Positions 48,461 through 57,732 of a DNA stretch of 64,000 nt are shown piece by piece (the first letter of the stretch is position 1; the number at the start of each line of letters is the position of its first letter). Both the position numbers and the translations under genes were made by a program. Source of the stretch: Bdellovibrionales bacterium (GTDB lineage: Bacteria > Bdellovibrionota > Bdellovibrionia > Bdellovibrionales > UBA1609); contig DAHVQG010000002.1 in the NCBI GenBank assembly GCA_027317865.1, positions 96,001-160,000 on the forward strand, in the 5' to 3' direction. The notes beneath the pieces are model-generated. The model was not told the DNA's origin, did no database searches, and saw nothing but the letters and a program-made list of their open reading frames with translations.

Positions 48461-50422
48461 TTATTGATCTTTTAAATAAACGCTCACGCGTTTATTCGCT
48501 GGCAACGCATCTCCGGCTGGCGGCACGGTCATCGACACAACACCATTGCCGTGAATTTGTATATGAATCGGCATACCCCGTATTTCGTTGAGAACTTCAC
48601 GCAACGTTAGACCTGTGAAATTTGGGGTTTGATTTTTTTCTTCGGCGGCAAGCACCTGCGCCATTCGACGTATTCTTGCGATGGATTGAGCTTGTGTAGC
48701 TGCGTCTCTAGCGATGGCCGAATTATTCAAAATGCTCTTTCGAGTTAACAATACCGGCGGCAAAGCGGCGCGCTGAACCGCAAAGCTAGCTATTTCTGAA
48801 AAAACGGGGGCTGCCACTTCGGCGCCGTAGTAACCGTCACGCGGATGATTGACGACAATGTAAATTACAAATCGCGGATCATTCGCAGGTAGAAAGCCGA
48901 CAAAGCTCGCAATATAGTCGCCACTTACATAACCCTTACCGGGAACCGCAACTTGGGCTGTCCCCGTTTTACCGGCAACCGGATATCCAGACACGCGCGC
49001 ATTATACCCGGTACCTTCACTCGTGGTCACCATGCTGAGCATGAGGCGCATAGTTGACGCCACTTCTGGAGATATCACTCGGCGAATAATATGCGACTTG
49101 ATTTTTATATGTTTGCCCGTTTGTTCATTCACAAGTTCACTCACGATTCGCGGCGTTCGCAAAATTCCGCCGTTAGCGATTGCCGCGTATGCGTCCGCAA
49201 TTTGAAGTGCCGTTGCCTCAACGCCTTGACCAAAAGCAATATTGGCAAGACGAATTTTTCGCCATGGTAAGGGCTTCACAAATCCGCCAGACTCGCCAGG
49301 TAAACTAACCCCAAGAGGTTTGCCAAATCCAAAATCTTTGAGCGCTTCGCGAACGCGGGCGGCGCCCATAGCAAACGCCACTTTTGCCGCGCCTATATTT
49401 GATGATTTCATCAAAATTTGCGTCGTAGTGAGCCAACCGAACGGAGTATCCGCTTCATGAATTATATGCCCGTCGATTAACATATGACCGTTGTCGCAAA
49501 AGGTTCGCGTGTTCGGTTTAATAATTCCTTCTTCGATTGCTTTCGAAAAAATAAGCGGCTTTACAACACTGCCCGGTTCAAATGCGTCCGTTACGACACG
49601 ATCGCGCCAAAGAGACGGTTTCGCATCCCACGCTCGGTTGGGATTAAATGTCGGCACAGTCGCAATAGCTAAAATGTTGGAGTTTTGGGCGTCAAGCACG
49701 ACGCCGGTGGCGCTGTCAGCCTCATGGATGCGAACGGTCTTCTCTAATTCTTGCTCCAGTTTAAACTGCAGCTCGGCATCGACCGTCAGGTGAAGGTCGT
49801 AACCGGCCGGGGTGTCCGTAAAAATTTTGCCATTTACAAGTAGCGGACGGCCGCGCGCATCTCGCTCAAGTACAACCGTACGGCCCTTGCCTTTTAACAA
49901 ATGATCGTATTGTAATTCAAGACCAGACAATCCCCTGCCGTCTTCGCCAACAAATCCCAAGACTTGCGAGAGTAAATTGCCGTTTGGATAGACGCGGTCT
50001 GGCTCCTGAATTGCTGCAAGCCCCTTTAAATGCAGGCGCATCAATGAAGCAACAAATTGTTTTTTGAGATGACGATCGATCCACACGAATTGTTTGCTTC
50101 GATCGCGGATCTTTTGATAAATGAAATTCGGCGAGTAACCGAGTCGCCGAGCCAAAATATGATCAAAGGTCCATTGATTGCGAATTTCTTTCGGATCGGC
50201 ATATAGCGAGTAACTCGGCACCGTAACTGCAAGCTCTTTGCCGTTCCGGTCAAAAATCACCCCGCGCCGCGCGGGCAGATCAATTCGCGTTCTATACTGG
50301 CTCCGCTCGAGTTCCGCAAGCCGCTTGTTTGGCAAAATTTGGAGTTGAGTCGCGCGCGCGATGATCACGCACCACCCAACTATTAGTCCAAAAAATAAAA
50401 CGAAAAACCGCGACTTTACCAT
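48461..50422 (-). CDS. ftsI: Class B penicillin-binding protein FtsI with C-terminal PASTA domain
   Basis: RRGVIFDRNG, SVVK, SSN and KTGTAQ motifs. Lies downstream of ftsL. Confidence 0.95.
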   Translation of the reverse strand: MVKSRFFVLFFGLIVGWCVIIARATQLQILPNKRLAELERSQYRTRIDLPARRGVIFDRNGKELAVTVPSYSLYADPKEIRNQWTFDHILARRLGYSPNFIYQKIRDRSKQFVWIDRHLKKQFVASLMRLHLKGLAAIQEPDRVYPNGNLLSQVLGFVGEDGRGLSGLELQYDHLLKGKGRTVVLERDARGRPLLVNGKIFTDTPAGYDLHLTVDAELQFKLEQELEKTVRIHEADSATGVVLDAQNSNILAIATVPTFNPNRAWDAKPSLWRDRVVTDAFEPGSVVKPLIFSKAIEEGIIKPNTRTFCDNGHMLIDGHIIHEADTPFGWLTTTQILMKSSNIGAAKVAFAMGAARVREALKDFGFGKPLGVSLPGESGGFVKPLPWRKIRLANIAFGQGVEATALQIADAYAAIANGGILRTPRIVSELVNEQTGKHIKIKSHIIRRVISPEVASTMRLMLSMVTTSEGTGYNARVSGYPVAGKTGTAQVAVPGKGYVSGDYIASFVGFLPANDPRFVIYIVVNHPRDGYYGAEVAAPVFSEIASFAVQRAALPPVLLTRKSILNNSAIARDAATQAQSIARIRRMAQVLAAEEKNQTPNFTGLTLREVLNEIRGMPIHIQIHGNGVVSMTVPPAGDALPANKRVSVYLKDQ

Positions 50423-50428
50423 TTCCGC

Positions 50429-50713
50429 TTATTGCCGAAGCGCAATGTTTGAACCCGACATGTGAATCACTTGCCCCGGAAGAGGCTCGTCCATCGTCAA
50501 TTGATTGATCGCGACAGATTGAAGATGTTCCGGCCGCAGTATTCGCGTTAAGCGCAACGATTGAAGTTGATAGTGATCCTCTAAACTTTTGTATTTTATT
50601 GCTTGCTTGAGTACGACATAGCCCATCCGCCGAACTTCAAGCTGAAAGAATACCATCGTAAAAAGTGCGACGATAATAATCAATACGCTCGCAAGAGGTT
50701 TAAATTGACTCAT
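50429..50713 (-). CDS. ftsL: Cell division protein FtsL-like
   Basis: Small TM plus coiled-coil protein between rsmH and ftsI. Confidence 0.75.
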   Translation of the reverse strand: MSQFKPLASVLIIIVALFTMVFFQLEVRRMGYVVLKQAIKYKSLEDHYQLQSLRLTRILRPEHLQSVAINQLTMDEPLPGQVIHMSGSNIALRQ

Positions 50714-51642
50714 TTTTGACTCCTTTCAAAAATTCTGAGCTTTGCGCTACGCGCGCGAGGGTTTGATTTTTTCTCATCCCAACTCGCTTGAATGACTTTC
50801 TTATTGATTAAAAATCCTTTGTTGCCGGCGACAAATTGACGAAACGCATTTTTCACAATTCTATCTTCAAGAGAATGAAATGTAATCACGAAAACTCGCC
50901 CGCCCGGCGCTAACTGTTCAACAATTTTTGGCAACGCCTGACTTAGCCGCTCGAGCTCATGGTTGACCTGAATACGTATAGCCATGAAGAAATTCGTTGC
51001 GGGATGATGACCCTTTTTGTGCCAACCCGAAGCTTCGGCAATGAGATCCGCAAGTTCGCGAGTCGTTGAAAAGCGCTTCTCACGGCGACGCTCCACTATT
51101 TTTCGGCTCACGCGAAAGGGGCTGCGCACCTCTCCCAAATGATGAAACAAATCGTTCAAATCCTTTTCCGGCCACGTGTTCACAATGTCCGCGGCGGTCA
51201 CCGTATCGCGTGCGTTCATGCGCATATCGAGCGGACCTTCATGATAAAAGCTAAAACCGCGCCGACCTTCGTCGAGTTGCGGAGAACTCACTCCTAAATC
51301 GAGGAGCATCCCAATTACATGCGCAGTTTTATTATCTGTATCGGCCTGCAGGGCTTTGATCCAGGTATCGACATCCGAAAATTCAGCGTGCAAAACTTTA
51401 AGGCGCCCGCTCATTATATCATTTTGAAATTCGCGTTGAGCAAACTCAATCGCATCAAGGTCACAATCCAGCGCTAGAACCCGCCAATCTTTTTTCGCCG
51501 ATAAAATGGCGCGCGTGTGGCCGCCGCGCCCAAACGTCCCATCGACAAACCATCCCTCATCGGGCATTTCAGAAAGGTGATCTAAAACCGCATTTAACAG
51601 GACGGGTGTATGAGTGAATTTCGTCGCTGCGTTTGGTGTCAT
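50710..51642 (-). CDS. rsmH: 16S rRNA m4C1402 methyltransferase
   Basis: HTPVLL, DGTFGRGGHT, DLGVSSPQLD, PLDMRM, ITFHSLEDR and NPRARSAKLR motifs. Confidence 0.98.
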   Translation of the reverse strand: MTPNAATKFTHTPVLLNAVLDHLSEMPDEGWFVDGTFGRGGHTRAILSAKKDWRVLALDCDLDAIEFAQREFQNDIMSGRLKVLHAEFSDVDTWIKALQADTDNKTAHVIGMLLDLGVSSPQLDEGRRGFSFYHEGPLDMRMNARDTVTAADIVNTWPEKDLNDLFHHLGEVRSPFRVSRKIVERRREKRFSTTRELADLIAEASGWHKKGHHPATNFFMAIRIQVNHELERLSQALPKIVEQLAPGGRVFVITFHSLEDRIVKNAFRQFVAGNKGFLINKKVIQASWDEKKSNPRARSAKLRIFERSQK

Positions 51643-52139
51643 TCTTCAACCCCTGAACGACGGCGATTTTTTTTCGCACGATGATTTTCGGTTAAATCGG
51701 CTATTGAGCTCACAACCTCGTCAAATCGACTTTCAAGATCGGTGAGAAGCTTGTTCCAGTTGTTGTTGCTCCAAATTTCAAGTTTTGTTCCTGCGCCAAT
51801 AATGACGATATCATCGCTGAGTTCCGCAAACTGCCGAAAATGATTTGGAATCAAAAATCGACCTTGACCGTCTAGATCTACAGTTTCACCGCTTGAAATG
51901 TAGTACCGTTGAAAAGACTGAACCTCAGAGCGCAGCGATGGCAGACTCGCGATTTGGTCAATAAGTTTTTGCCATCCGGCTATCGAATGAATATCCAAAT
52001 ATCTTTTTTGCGCATGGATCGAATTCGTAATGACCAGCTGATTTTCGTTGCGCAATCCGGTTCGAAATCGCGTCGGCAAATGCACACGACCTTTCGGATC
52101 TAATTTGACATGGGCACGGCCTTGTAGTGTCCGCTTCAT
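51639..52139 (-). CDS. mraZ: Division/cell-wall cluster regulator MraZ
   Basis: Two SpoVT/AbrB repeats (LDPKGRVHLP, LDGQGRFLIP) and a KLEIWS motif. First gene of the dcw cluster. Confidence 0.95.
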   Translation of the reverse strand: MKRTLQGRAHVKLDPKGRVHLPTRFRTGLRNENQLVITNSIHAQKRYLDIHSIAGWQKLIDQIASLPSLRSEVQSFQRYYISSGETVDLDGQGRFLIPNHFRQFAELSDDIVIIGAGTKLEIWSNNNWNKLLTDLESRFDEVVSSIADLTENHRAKKNRRRSGVEE

Positions 52140-52210
52140 CGGTCATCCTAACCAAGTGATAGTGAAGCCCATCCGTGGGCCCCAAATTCAGCGTACACTT
52201 TTTGCTTGAT

Positions 52211-52240
52211 TTCCACAAATTTCCACTATTTTCCACTTTA
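52211..52240 (-). promoter_or_regulatory. MraZ operator: three GTGGAA direct repeats with a 10-bp period
   Basis: The + strand reads TTCCACAAAT TTCCACTATT TTCCACTTTA, 70-100 bp upstream of mraZ. This matches known GTGG/TGGG 10-bp-period MraZ boxes. Confidence 0.8.
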
Positions 52241-52271
52241 CGATTTAACCTATATGCGTCAACATTGGGGC

Positions 52272-53237
52272 ATGATGCAAACTTGCCCAAAATGTGGATT
52301 TGTCCAGCCCGAGGACAAATACTGTGCCAATTGTGGCCTCGACATTGAAAGCTTCAAACCTGCACCCACACCGTTTTTCAAGAGAATATTCGGCAATACG
52401 GCCGTACAGATCGGGATCGTAGTCTTGATCGTTATTGCTGTCACAATTGCCATTTTGCTATCCCAAAAAAGTCAGGTTGAAAGGCGACTGCACTCTAATT
52501 TTTCGCAGGTGCCCATTGTCGTCAAAAGTCCAGGCGATGAAACGAATAAAGCGACACGGTTGAATCGTGAGTCGCATAACTCGAGATTAGGCGTACGCGC
52601 GCCGTCGCCGACCACAAAGCCGTCGCAGTACGAAAAATTGAAGATGAATCGTACAAGGCACCGCAAAATCGGAGATATCGCTCCCGAAAAAATGCTGATC
52701 GGATTTTATGAAATGTCCCGCGCGTCGATTATGGAAATGGCCACCGAGGGTCAAGTCTTGAGCGCGACGCCGCAATCACGGTCAATGACGTTGCCAGTGA
52801 GGCACCCGTTTTTAGACTGGCGCGAAAAACATCCGAACTCGCGGCCGCTGGGTTCTGTAATTAACGAAAGGTTGCACCAAGGCCGGCCCATTAACCTCGA
52901 TTTTACAAGGCCGCTGCCTCCGAATTCAGGAACAAACGAAATCGGCGCGACCTTCAGTTTAAATCCGATAAAAGTGAACGCACAAGAAATTGAACTCGGC
53001 CTAGAACTAGCGTTCAACATGCGAAATCATAGCGGCAATTCACTCATCACAAACGAAGTCAATTCGACATTTACGTTCTCGCCAAAATCGACGCTCGTGC
53101 TCTCCGGTTATTTTCCGCATGAGCGAGTTTTTCGCCAAGATTTGATGTCGTTTAGCGGCACCCCGCTTGCGATTTTGGCCTCTCCTGATTTTATAAATTC
53201 CGTTACCGATCTCGTGATTGTTATAAAAACCAAATAA
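52272..53237 (+). CDS. Zinc-ribbon, TM, exported-domain hypothetical protein
   Basis: CPKCG..QP..KYCANCG double CxxC, a single TM helix, and a basic linker followed by a beta-rich domain. Start moved to the in-frame ATG ATG. Confidence 0.75.
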   Translation: MMQTCPKCGFVQPEDKYCANCGLDIESFKPAPTPFFKRIFGNTAVQIGIVVLIVIAVTIAILLSQKSQVERRLHSNFSQVPIVVKSPGDETNKATRLNRESHNSRLGVRAPSPTTKPSQYEKLKMNRTRHRKIGDIAPEKMLIGFYEMSRASIMEMATEGQVLSATPQSRSMTLPVRHPFLDWREKHPNSRPLGSVINERLHQGRPINLDFTRPLPPNSGTNEIGATFSLNPIKVNAQEIELGLELAFNMRNHSGNSLITNEVNSTFTFSPKSTLVLSGYFPHERVFRQDLMSFSGTPLAILASPDFINSVTDLVIVIKTK

Positions 53238-53280
53238 AATTCTTGCGTGTGTCGTCCGATTCGCGCACTTTTAGTGAACT

Positions 53281-53961
53281 ATGGCATGGTTAAACAATGG
53301 CATCCTTCGCAACGGACAAATCGAAGTGATTTGCGGTTGCATGTTCAGCGGTAAAACAGAAGCTCTCATTACGCAAATTCGGCGCGCGCAAATCGCTCGC
53401 CTTCGTTTTCAAGTTTTTAAGCCCGTGGTTGATACGCGCTATGCTCTCGATGCAGTAGCGTCGCATGATCGAACTGAGTTCCCGGCGACGAATGTAAAAA
53501 CGGCGCAGGAGATTTTGCATTTAGTTGAACCGTTCACGGAAGTCATCGGCATCGATGAATGCCAATTTTTTACGAATGATATCGCCGATGTTGCGACCGC
53601 ACTAGCGACCAGCGGCCGTCGTGTGATCTTGGCTGGCCTTGACACTGACTGGCAGGGGCAACCGTTTGGCCCAATGCCGCAGCTTTTGGCACTGGCGGAT
53701 GTGATCCACAAACAATATGCGATTTGCGTGGTCTGCGGAGCCCCGGCAACCCGCACCCAACGAATCGTGGGAGCAAACGGACAATTTCTGTTGGGTTCGA
53801 CGGAATCATATGAGGCACGATGCCGAAAACATTTTGACCCCACTTTTTCAGAGCGCTTAAAGCACTCGGCTTCACGATTAGCCGCTTCGAACGAGGCGAT
53901 GGCGCAAGACAACTCGCTTGCGACTGATGCCTTTGGGCGTCCAATCGGTGAATTTTCTTGA
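53281..53961 (+). CDS. tdk: Thymidine kinase
   Basis: GCMFSGKT, IGIDECQFF, AGLDTD and CVVCG...YEARCRKH motifs. Confidence 0.97.
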   Translation: MAWLNNGILRNGQIEVICGCMFSGKTEALITQIRRAQIARLRFQVFKPVVDTRYALDAVASHDRTEFPATNVKTAQEILHLVEPFTEVIGIDECQFFTNDIADVATALATSGRRVILAGLDTDWQGQPFGPMPQLLALADVIHKQYAICVVCGAPATRTQRIVGANGQFLLGSTESYEARCRKHFDPTFSERLKHSASRLAASNEAMAQDNSLATDAFGRPIGEFS

Positions 53962-54059
53962 TTTTTTGCAAATTTTCCGTGAAATCTGTTGTGCAATGAA
54001 TCGGCCGCATCATAGCGCGCGGTAACTCATCTCGACAGTATACACGAGGGGATATTGAA

Positions 54060-54587
54060 TTGGGCCCTAATCTGAGCACGGTCATTTCTGAAAAGGACCT
54101 GCAAAAGCGCATCAAAGAGATGGGCGAAACCCTTACTGATAAATTCAAAAATACTTCTGTACTTGCGGTTTGTGTGCTGAAGGGCTCCTTTATCTTTTTT
54201 GCCGATCTCATCCGCCAAATCGAATGCGACATGAATTGCGAGTTTTTGTGCATGTCGAGTTACGGTTCACTTGCCCATTCAAGTGGTGAAGTGAAACTCA
54301 CAATGGATCTCAATTCATCCGTACAAGGGCGCCACGTTCTACTTGTCGAGGACATCATCGATACCGGCTTGACGATGAATTACCTTCAGAAGGTGCTCGA
54401 AATTCGAAAACCCAAGAGTGTGACGACGGTGACGCTTTTGCATAAGCCGGATGCCAAAAAAGTCGATTGTAAAATAGATTTAGTTGGATTCAAAATTCCA
54501 AACGATTTTGTTGTCGGCTATGGCCTTGATTATCAAAATCAGTACCGGCACCTGCCTTATATTGCCCGACTTGAAAATTTAAACTAG
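54060..54587 (+). CDS. hpt: Hypoxanthine phosphoribosyltransferase
   Basis: VLKGSFIFFADL, SSYG, VEDIIDTGLT and FVVGYGLD motifs. Confidence 0.98.
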   Translation: MGPNLSTVISEKDLQKRIKEMGETLTDKFKNTSVLAVCVLKGSFIFFADLIRQIECDMNCEFLCMSSYGSLAHSSGEVKLTMDLNSSVQGRHVLLVEDIIDTGLTMNYLQKVLEIRKPKSVTTVTLLHKPDAKKVDCKIDLVGFKIPNDFVVGYGLDYQNQYRHLPYIARLENLN

Positions 54588-54621
54588 CCGTCTAGAAAAA
54601 AACTCATCGGCGCAGTGACTA

Positions 54622-56205
54622 TTACTCATCGCTTGAGACGGGAATACGCAGTTTTTGTCCCGGACGAAGCAATCGCGGATTGGCAATGTTGTTGAGCTCC
54701 TCAAGAAGGCTAACGCGAACACCTAGCTCAGAGGCAATTCCGCTCAGGGTTTCACCACTTTGAATAACGTAAGTTGCAATACGTTTGCTCCATTTGCGCG
54801 ACACGTGGAGCGGCAGTGTTTTTAAATCTTGCAGCGCAAGTTGGTATTGAGAAGTCGGAACACGCACAAAATCGTACCGACCTATTTCGCCATACCCAAG
54901 CCAAAACGGACGCCGAAGCTGCGGGTTATATTTCTCGGCTCGTGCCAAATTACCGCCGAACCAGTGCAATAGCCAGTTTCGGTCAATCACTCGGGTCAGT
55001 TCAATTCTTTTAGCGTTTAACGGGGTCTCCCAATAAACTGGGCCAAAATATTTCGGAGCATTTTCTTCGACGTGAAGCGCGGCCAAAAAACATGCATAAA
55101 AATTAGCTGAGGCAAAACCAAATCGGCCATAACGTTCATCAACCAAATCTGAAATATCGCTCGTATGATACCGTTGAACAATTCGAAGCATGCCCGCCGG
55201 TCCGTGATTATACCCGGTGATTGCGAGCGGCCAATTACCGAGCATTTCGTAATTGGCTCTCAACATTTTAGCCGCGGCCACGGTCGCGCTAATCGGGTCG
55301 TTTCGCTCGTCAGTTAAATATCGAATTCGCAAGTAACGCCGGCCGGTTGAACGCATAAATTGCCAAATGCCGCTTGCGCCAAGTCGCGAACGCGCTTTGA
55401 TGTTAAAAGAACTTTCAACAAACGGTAAACGGGTCAGTTCAATCGGGAGTCCGTACTTACGAAACACCTTCTGCATTTCGGGTAAATACCGGCCCGAATA
55501 ATAAATTCCGAGAATAAATCGATTTCGCTGCCCGAGTTGAAAACGCAGTCGCCCGCGTTGCGCCGCTTGAAGAAATTTATTTGGTCCACTGATCGAAGTA
55601 AACATATTCCATATACGAAGGTCTTCGCCCTTAAGCTTCGGCATAACACCGGTTTTCAGATAAACCGAGTATAAGCGATTAAGCCGCATGAGCCGCTCTC
55701 GCACGATTCTTTTGTGTGCGCGTACAATGCGTATACGCTCCCAGCGCGTCGAATGCGGCGGAAAATTAATTTTGTCATAAACCACCGACAAGTGTTCGCT
55801 ATCGTGCAAAATTCCTTGGTCAGTTGTGATTTGTGTATATACGTACTTCCAGAAATTTACGCGCGTTTTAAGTCCGGGCGGCACAGAGAAAACTGTGGGT
55901 GACCATCCGAGTGCATGAATTTGATTGGAATAATTTGGCGCTTGCCAAGGGCGTGATTTGTCTATGTTAATGTGCGGAATTTCAGCAGCCGTGACCGCGT
56001 CATCATTATTGATCGCGCTTTCAGACGAAACCGCATCGTCTGTCGGTATCGTCGAGCCGTGCAAAATAGATTCAAAAATGTTCGAATCCGAAAAAATTTT
56101 GGGCTCATAATTACCTGTTGTCAGAGAGCCGCGCGCAAGTTGAGCAAGGGCAAGCACCCCGATCCCGGCCAAAACGGCTTTAATCACTTGAGATTTGTTC
56201 TTCAT
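54622..56205 (-). CDS. MltD-like lytic transglycosylase with C-terminal LysM
   Basis: LPFVESSFN, GIWQFM, DERNDP and GYNHG motifs. LysM reads YVIQSGETLSGIA...LRPGQKLRIP. Confidence 0.92.
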   Translation of the reverse strand: MKNKSQVIKAVLAGIGVLALAQLARGSLTTGNYEPKIFSDSNIFESILHGSTIPTDDAVSSESAINNDDAVTAAEIPHINIDKSRPWQAPNYSNQIHALGWSPTVFSVPPGLKTRVNFWKYVYTQITTDQGILHDSEHLSVVYDKINFPPHSTRWERIRIVRAHKRIVRERLMRLNRLYSVYLKTGVMPKLKGEDLRIWNMFTSISGPNKFLQAAQRGRLRFQLGQRNRFILGIYYSGRYLPEMQKVFRKYGLPIELTRLPFVESSFNIKARSRLGASGIWQFMRSTGRRYLRIRYLTDERNDPISATVAAAKMLRANYEMLGNWPLAITGYNHGPAGMLRIVQRYHTSDISDLVDERYGRFGFASANFYACFLAALHVEENAPKYFGPVYWETPLNAKRIELTRVIDRNWLLHWFGGNLARAEKYNPQLRRPFWLGYGEIGRYDFVRVPTSQYQLALQDLKTLPLHVSRKWSKRIATYVIQSGETLSGIASELGVRVSLLEELNNIANPRLLRPGQKLRIPVSSDE

Positions 56206-56267
56206 CCGCGTTTTCTTTCAATTCGATTTTTTTTGCGTTCCAGTTCAACAATACGATCGGGAATATT

Positions 56268-57698
56268 TTACCCCTGCTTTAACAGATCAGAAACAAGCGA
56301 GCCGAACAAAATGCGCGCTCGACCAGCCCCCGTTGGCGTACCGTTAAACAGAAAAACAAATTCGTAAAGGTGCCCACTCCGCGTACCAACGTACCCGCCT
56401 AGACCAACGACACCATCCAGAGTGCCGGTTTTCGCACGAACGACACCCAAATGTTCGGTGCCTCTCAACCAAATGCGTAATGTCCCGTCCACTCCCCCAA
56501 TCGGCAAACTTGAAACGTATTCCGGATAAATTTCAAACCGCCTGCGCACGTGCTCCAAAACACGCAAAAGGTCGATCGGGCGGAATTTATTTTTGTGCGA
56601 AATCCCAGAAGGACTGATCATGACGTAATTTTGCGGTTTGAAGTGCAAACTATTTAAAAATTCATGAATGACCGCCATCCCTTTATCCATTGTCCCTGGC
56701 GGCCCTTTTTCTTGAACGCCCAAGTCTTTGGTCAAGATTTCAGCCATAAAATTATTCGAATATTTCATCATCTCCGAGACCAGCTCGTCGATGGGCTTAC
56801 TTTTTTGAACCGCTAGAATTTTTGCTCCTCGAGGAGTTTTGCCGTGGCGAACTGCGCCGGTGACTGTAATGCCGCGTTCGCGCAAAAAAGCTTTGAGCTG
56901 ATAACCAGACCAAATGGCCGGATGGACAATGCTCCTGTAAGCGACGAACTCAGGCGCACCGAGCGGAATTTCGCCGCTAACCACAACCGTTTCATGATGC
57001 CCCGTTAGATGGTCGTTTTTGATATTTTCATTAATAACAGAAAGTCTCGTGCGCCCGTAACGCGAGGTCCGGGCGCGATTAACTAAACGAATATAAGTGT
57101 TCTGCGGGTCGACATATACCCGAGCGGGCGCGCCAACTTTAAACCCCGGCCGCACGAATACGTTTACCGCGCTCCAGTTGAACGTCATTGCTCCAATCGG
57201 AGCATCATAAGCGCGATCGATAAGCGTCTGATCGCGGCTCGGGTCAAACCGTACGTCGTCAAAACGTGAGTCATCTACAACAATATTGCCGTTAATTTTT
57301 TTTATGCCGGTACGTAGAAATGTATCGACGAGACACCACATCGTTTGCGAGACAAACCCGGGGTCGCCTCCACCGCGTAAATATAGCGGCCCTTCAAGTA
57401 CTCCGTTTACAACAGGCGCGGAGCTCAAAAGTGTGGTCTCAAACTGGTGACCAATCGGCATTTTTTCTAGAACTGCCGCAGCTGTTACAATTTTTGTTAG
57501 TGACGCGGGGGTCATTTTAGCACGCGAATTAAGCTGCGCTAAAATTCTTCCATTAGGTGATGCAATCACTAGACCCAAATCGGAATTTTTAATTCGCGAT
57601 TGGTGCACGAGCTGATTCATCATCGATTGAAAATTTTGAGCCCGAGCGATTCCTGGTATTAGTATGACTAAAGTAAAGAATAGGTTTGTGAACTTCAT
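56268..57698 (-). CDS. dacB: D-Ala-D-Ala carboxypeptidase/endopeptidase PBP4 (peptidase S13)
   Basis: PASLTK, GGGDP, SNN, GVDGTL and AKTGTL motifs, with a signal peptide. Confidence 0.95.
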   Translation of the reverse strand: MKFTNLFFTLVILIPGIARAQNFQSMMNQLVHQSRIKNSDLGLVIASPNGRILAQLNSRAKMTPASLTKIVTAAAVLEKMPIGHQFETTLLSSAPVVNGVLEGPLYLRGGGDPGFVSQTMWCLVDTFLRTGIKKINGNIVVDDSRFDDVRFDPSRDQTLIDRAYDAPIGAMTFNWSAVNVFVRPGFKVGAPARVYVDPQNTYIRLVNRARTSRYGRTRLSVINENIKNDHLTGHHETVVVSGEIPLGAPEFVAYRSIVHPAIWSGYQLKAFLRERGITVTGAVRHGKTPRGAKILAVQKSKPIDELVSEMMKYSNNFMAEILTKDLGVQEKGPPGTMDKGMAVIHEFLNSLHFKPQNYVMISPSGISHKNKFRPIDLLRVLEHVRRRFEIYPEYVSSLPIGGVDGTLRIWLRGTEHLGVVRAKTGTLDGVVGLGGYVGTRSGHLYEFVFLFNGTPTGAGRARILFGSLVSDLLKQG

Positions 57699-57732
57699 AG
57701 CCAATCTTCGCATTGATCGCTATGATTGATCA

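Noticed and set aside
52211-52240. Short direct repeats as a CRISPR or iteron array
   Set aside because: There are only three hexamers at a 10-bp period, which MraZ boxes explain. No cas or rep genes are present.
53439-54253. Two long minus-strand ORFs (185 and 227 aa)
   Set aside because: They are antisense shadows of well-supported tdk and hpt and carry no motifs.
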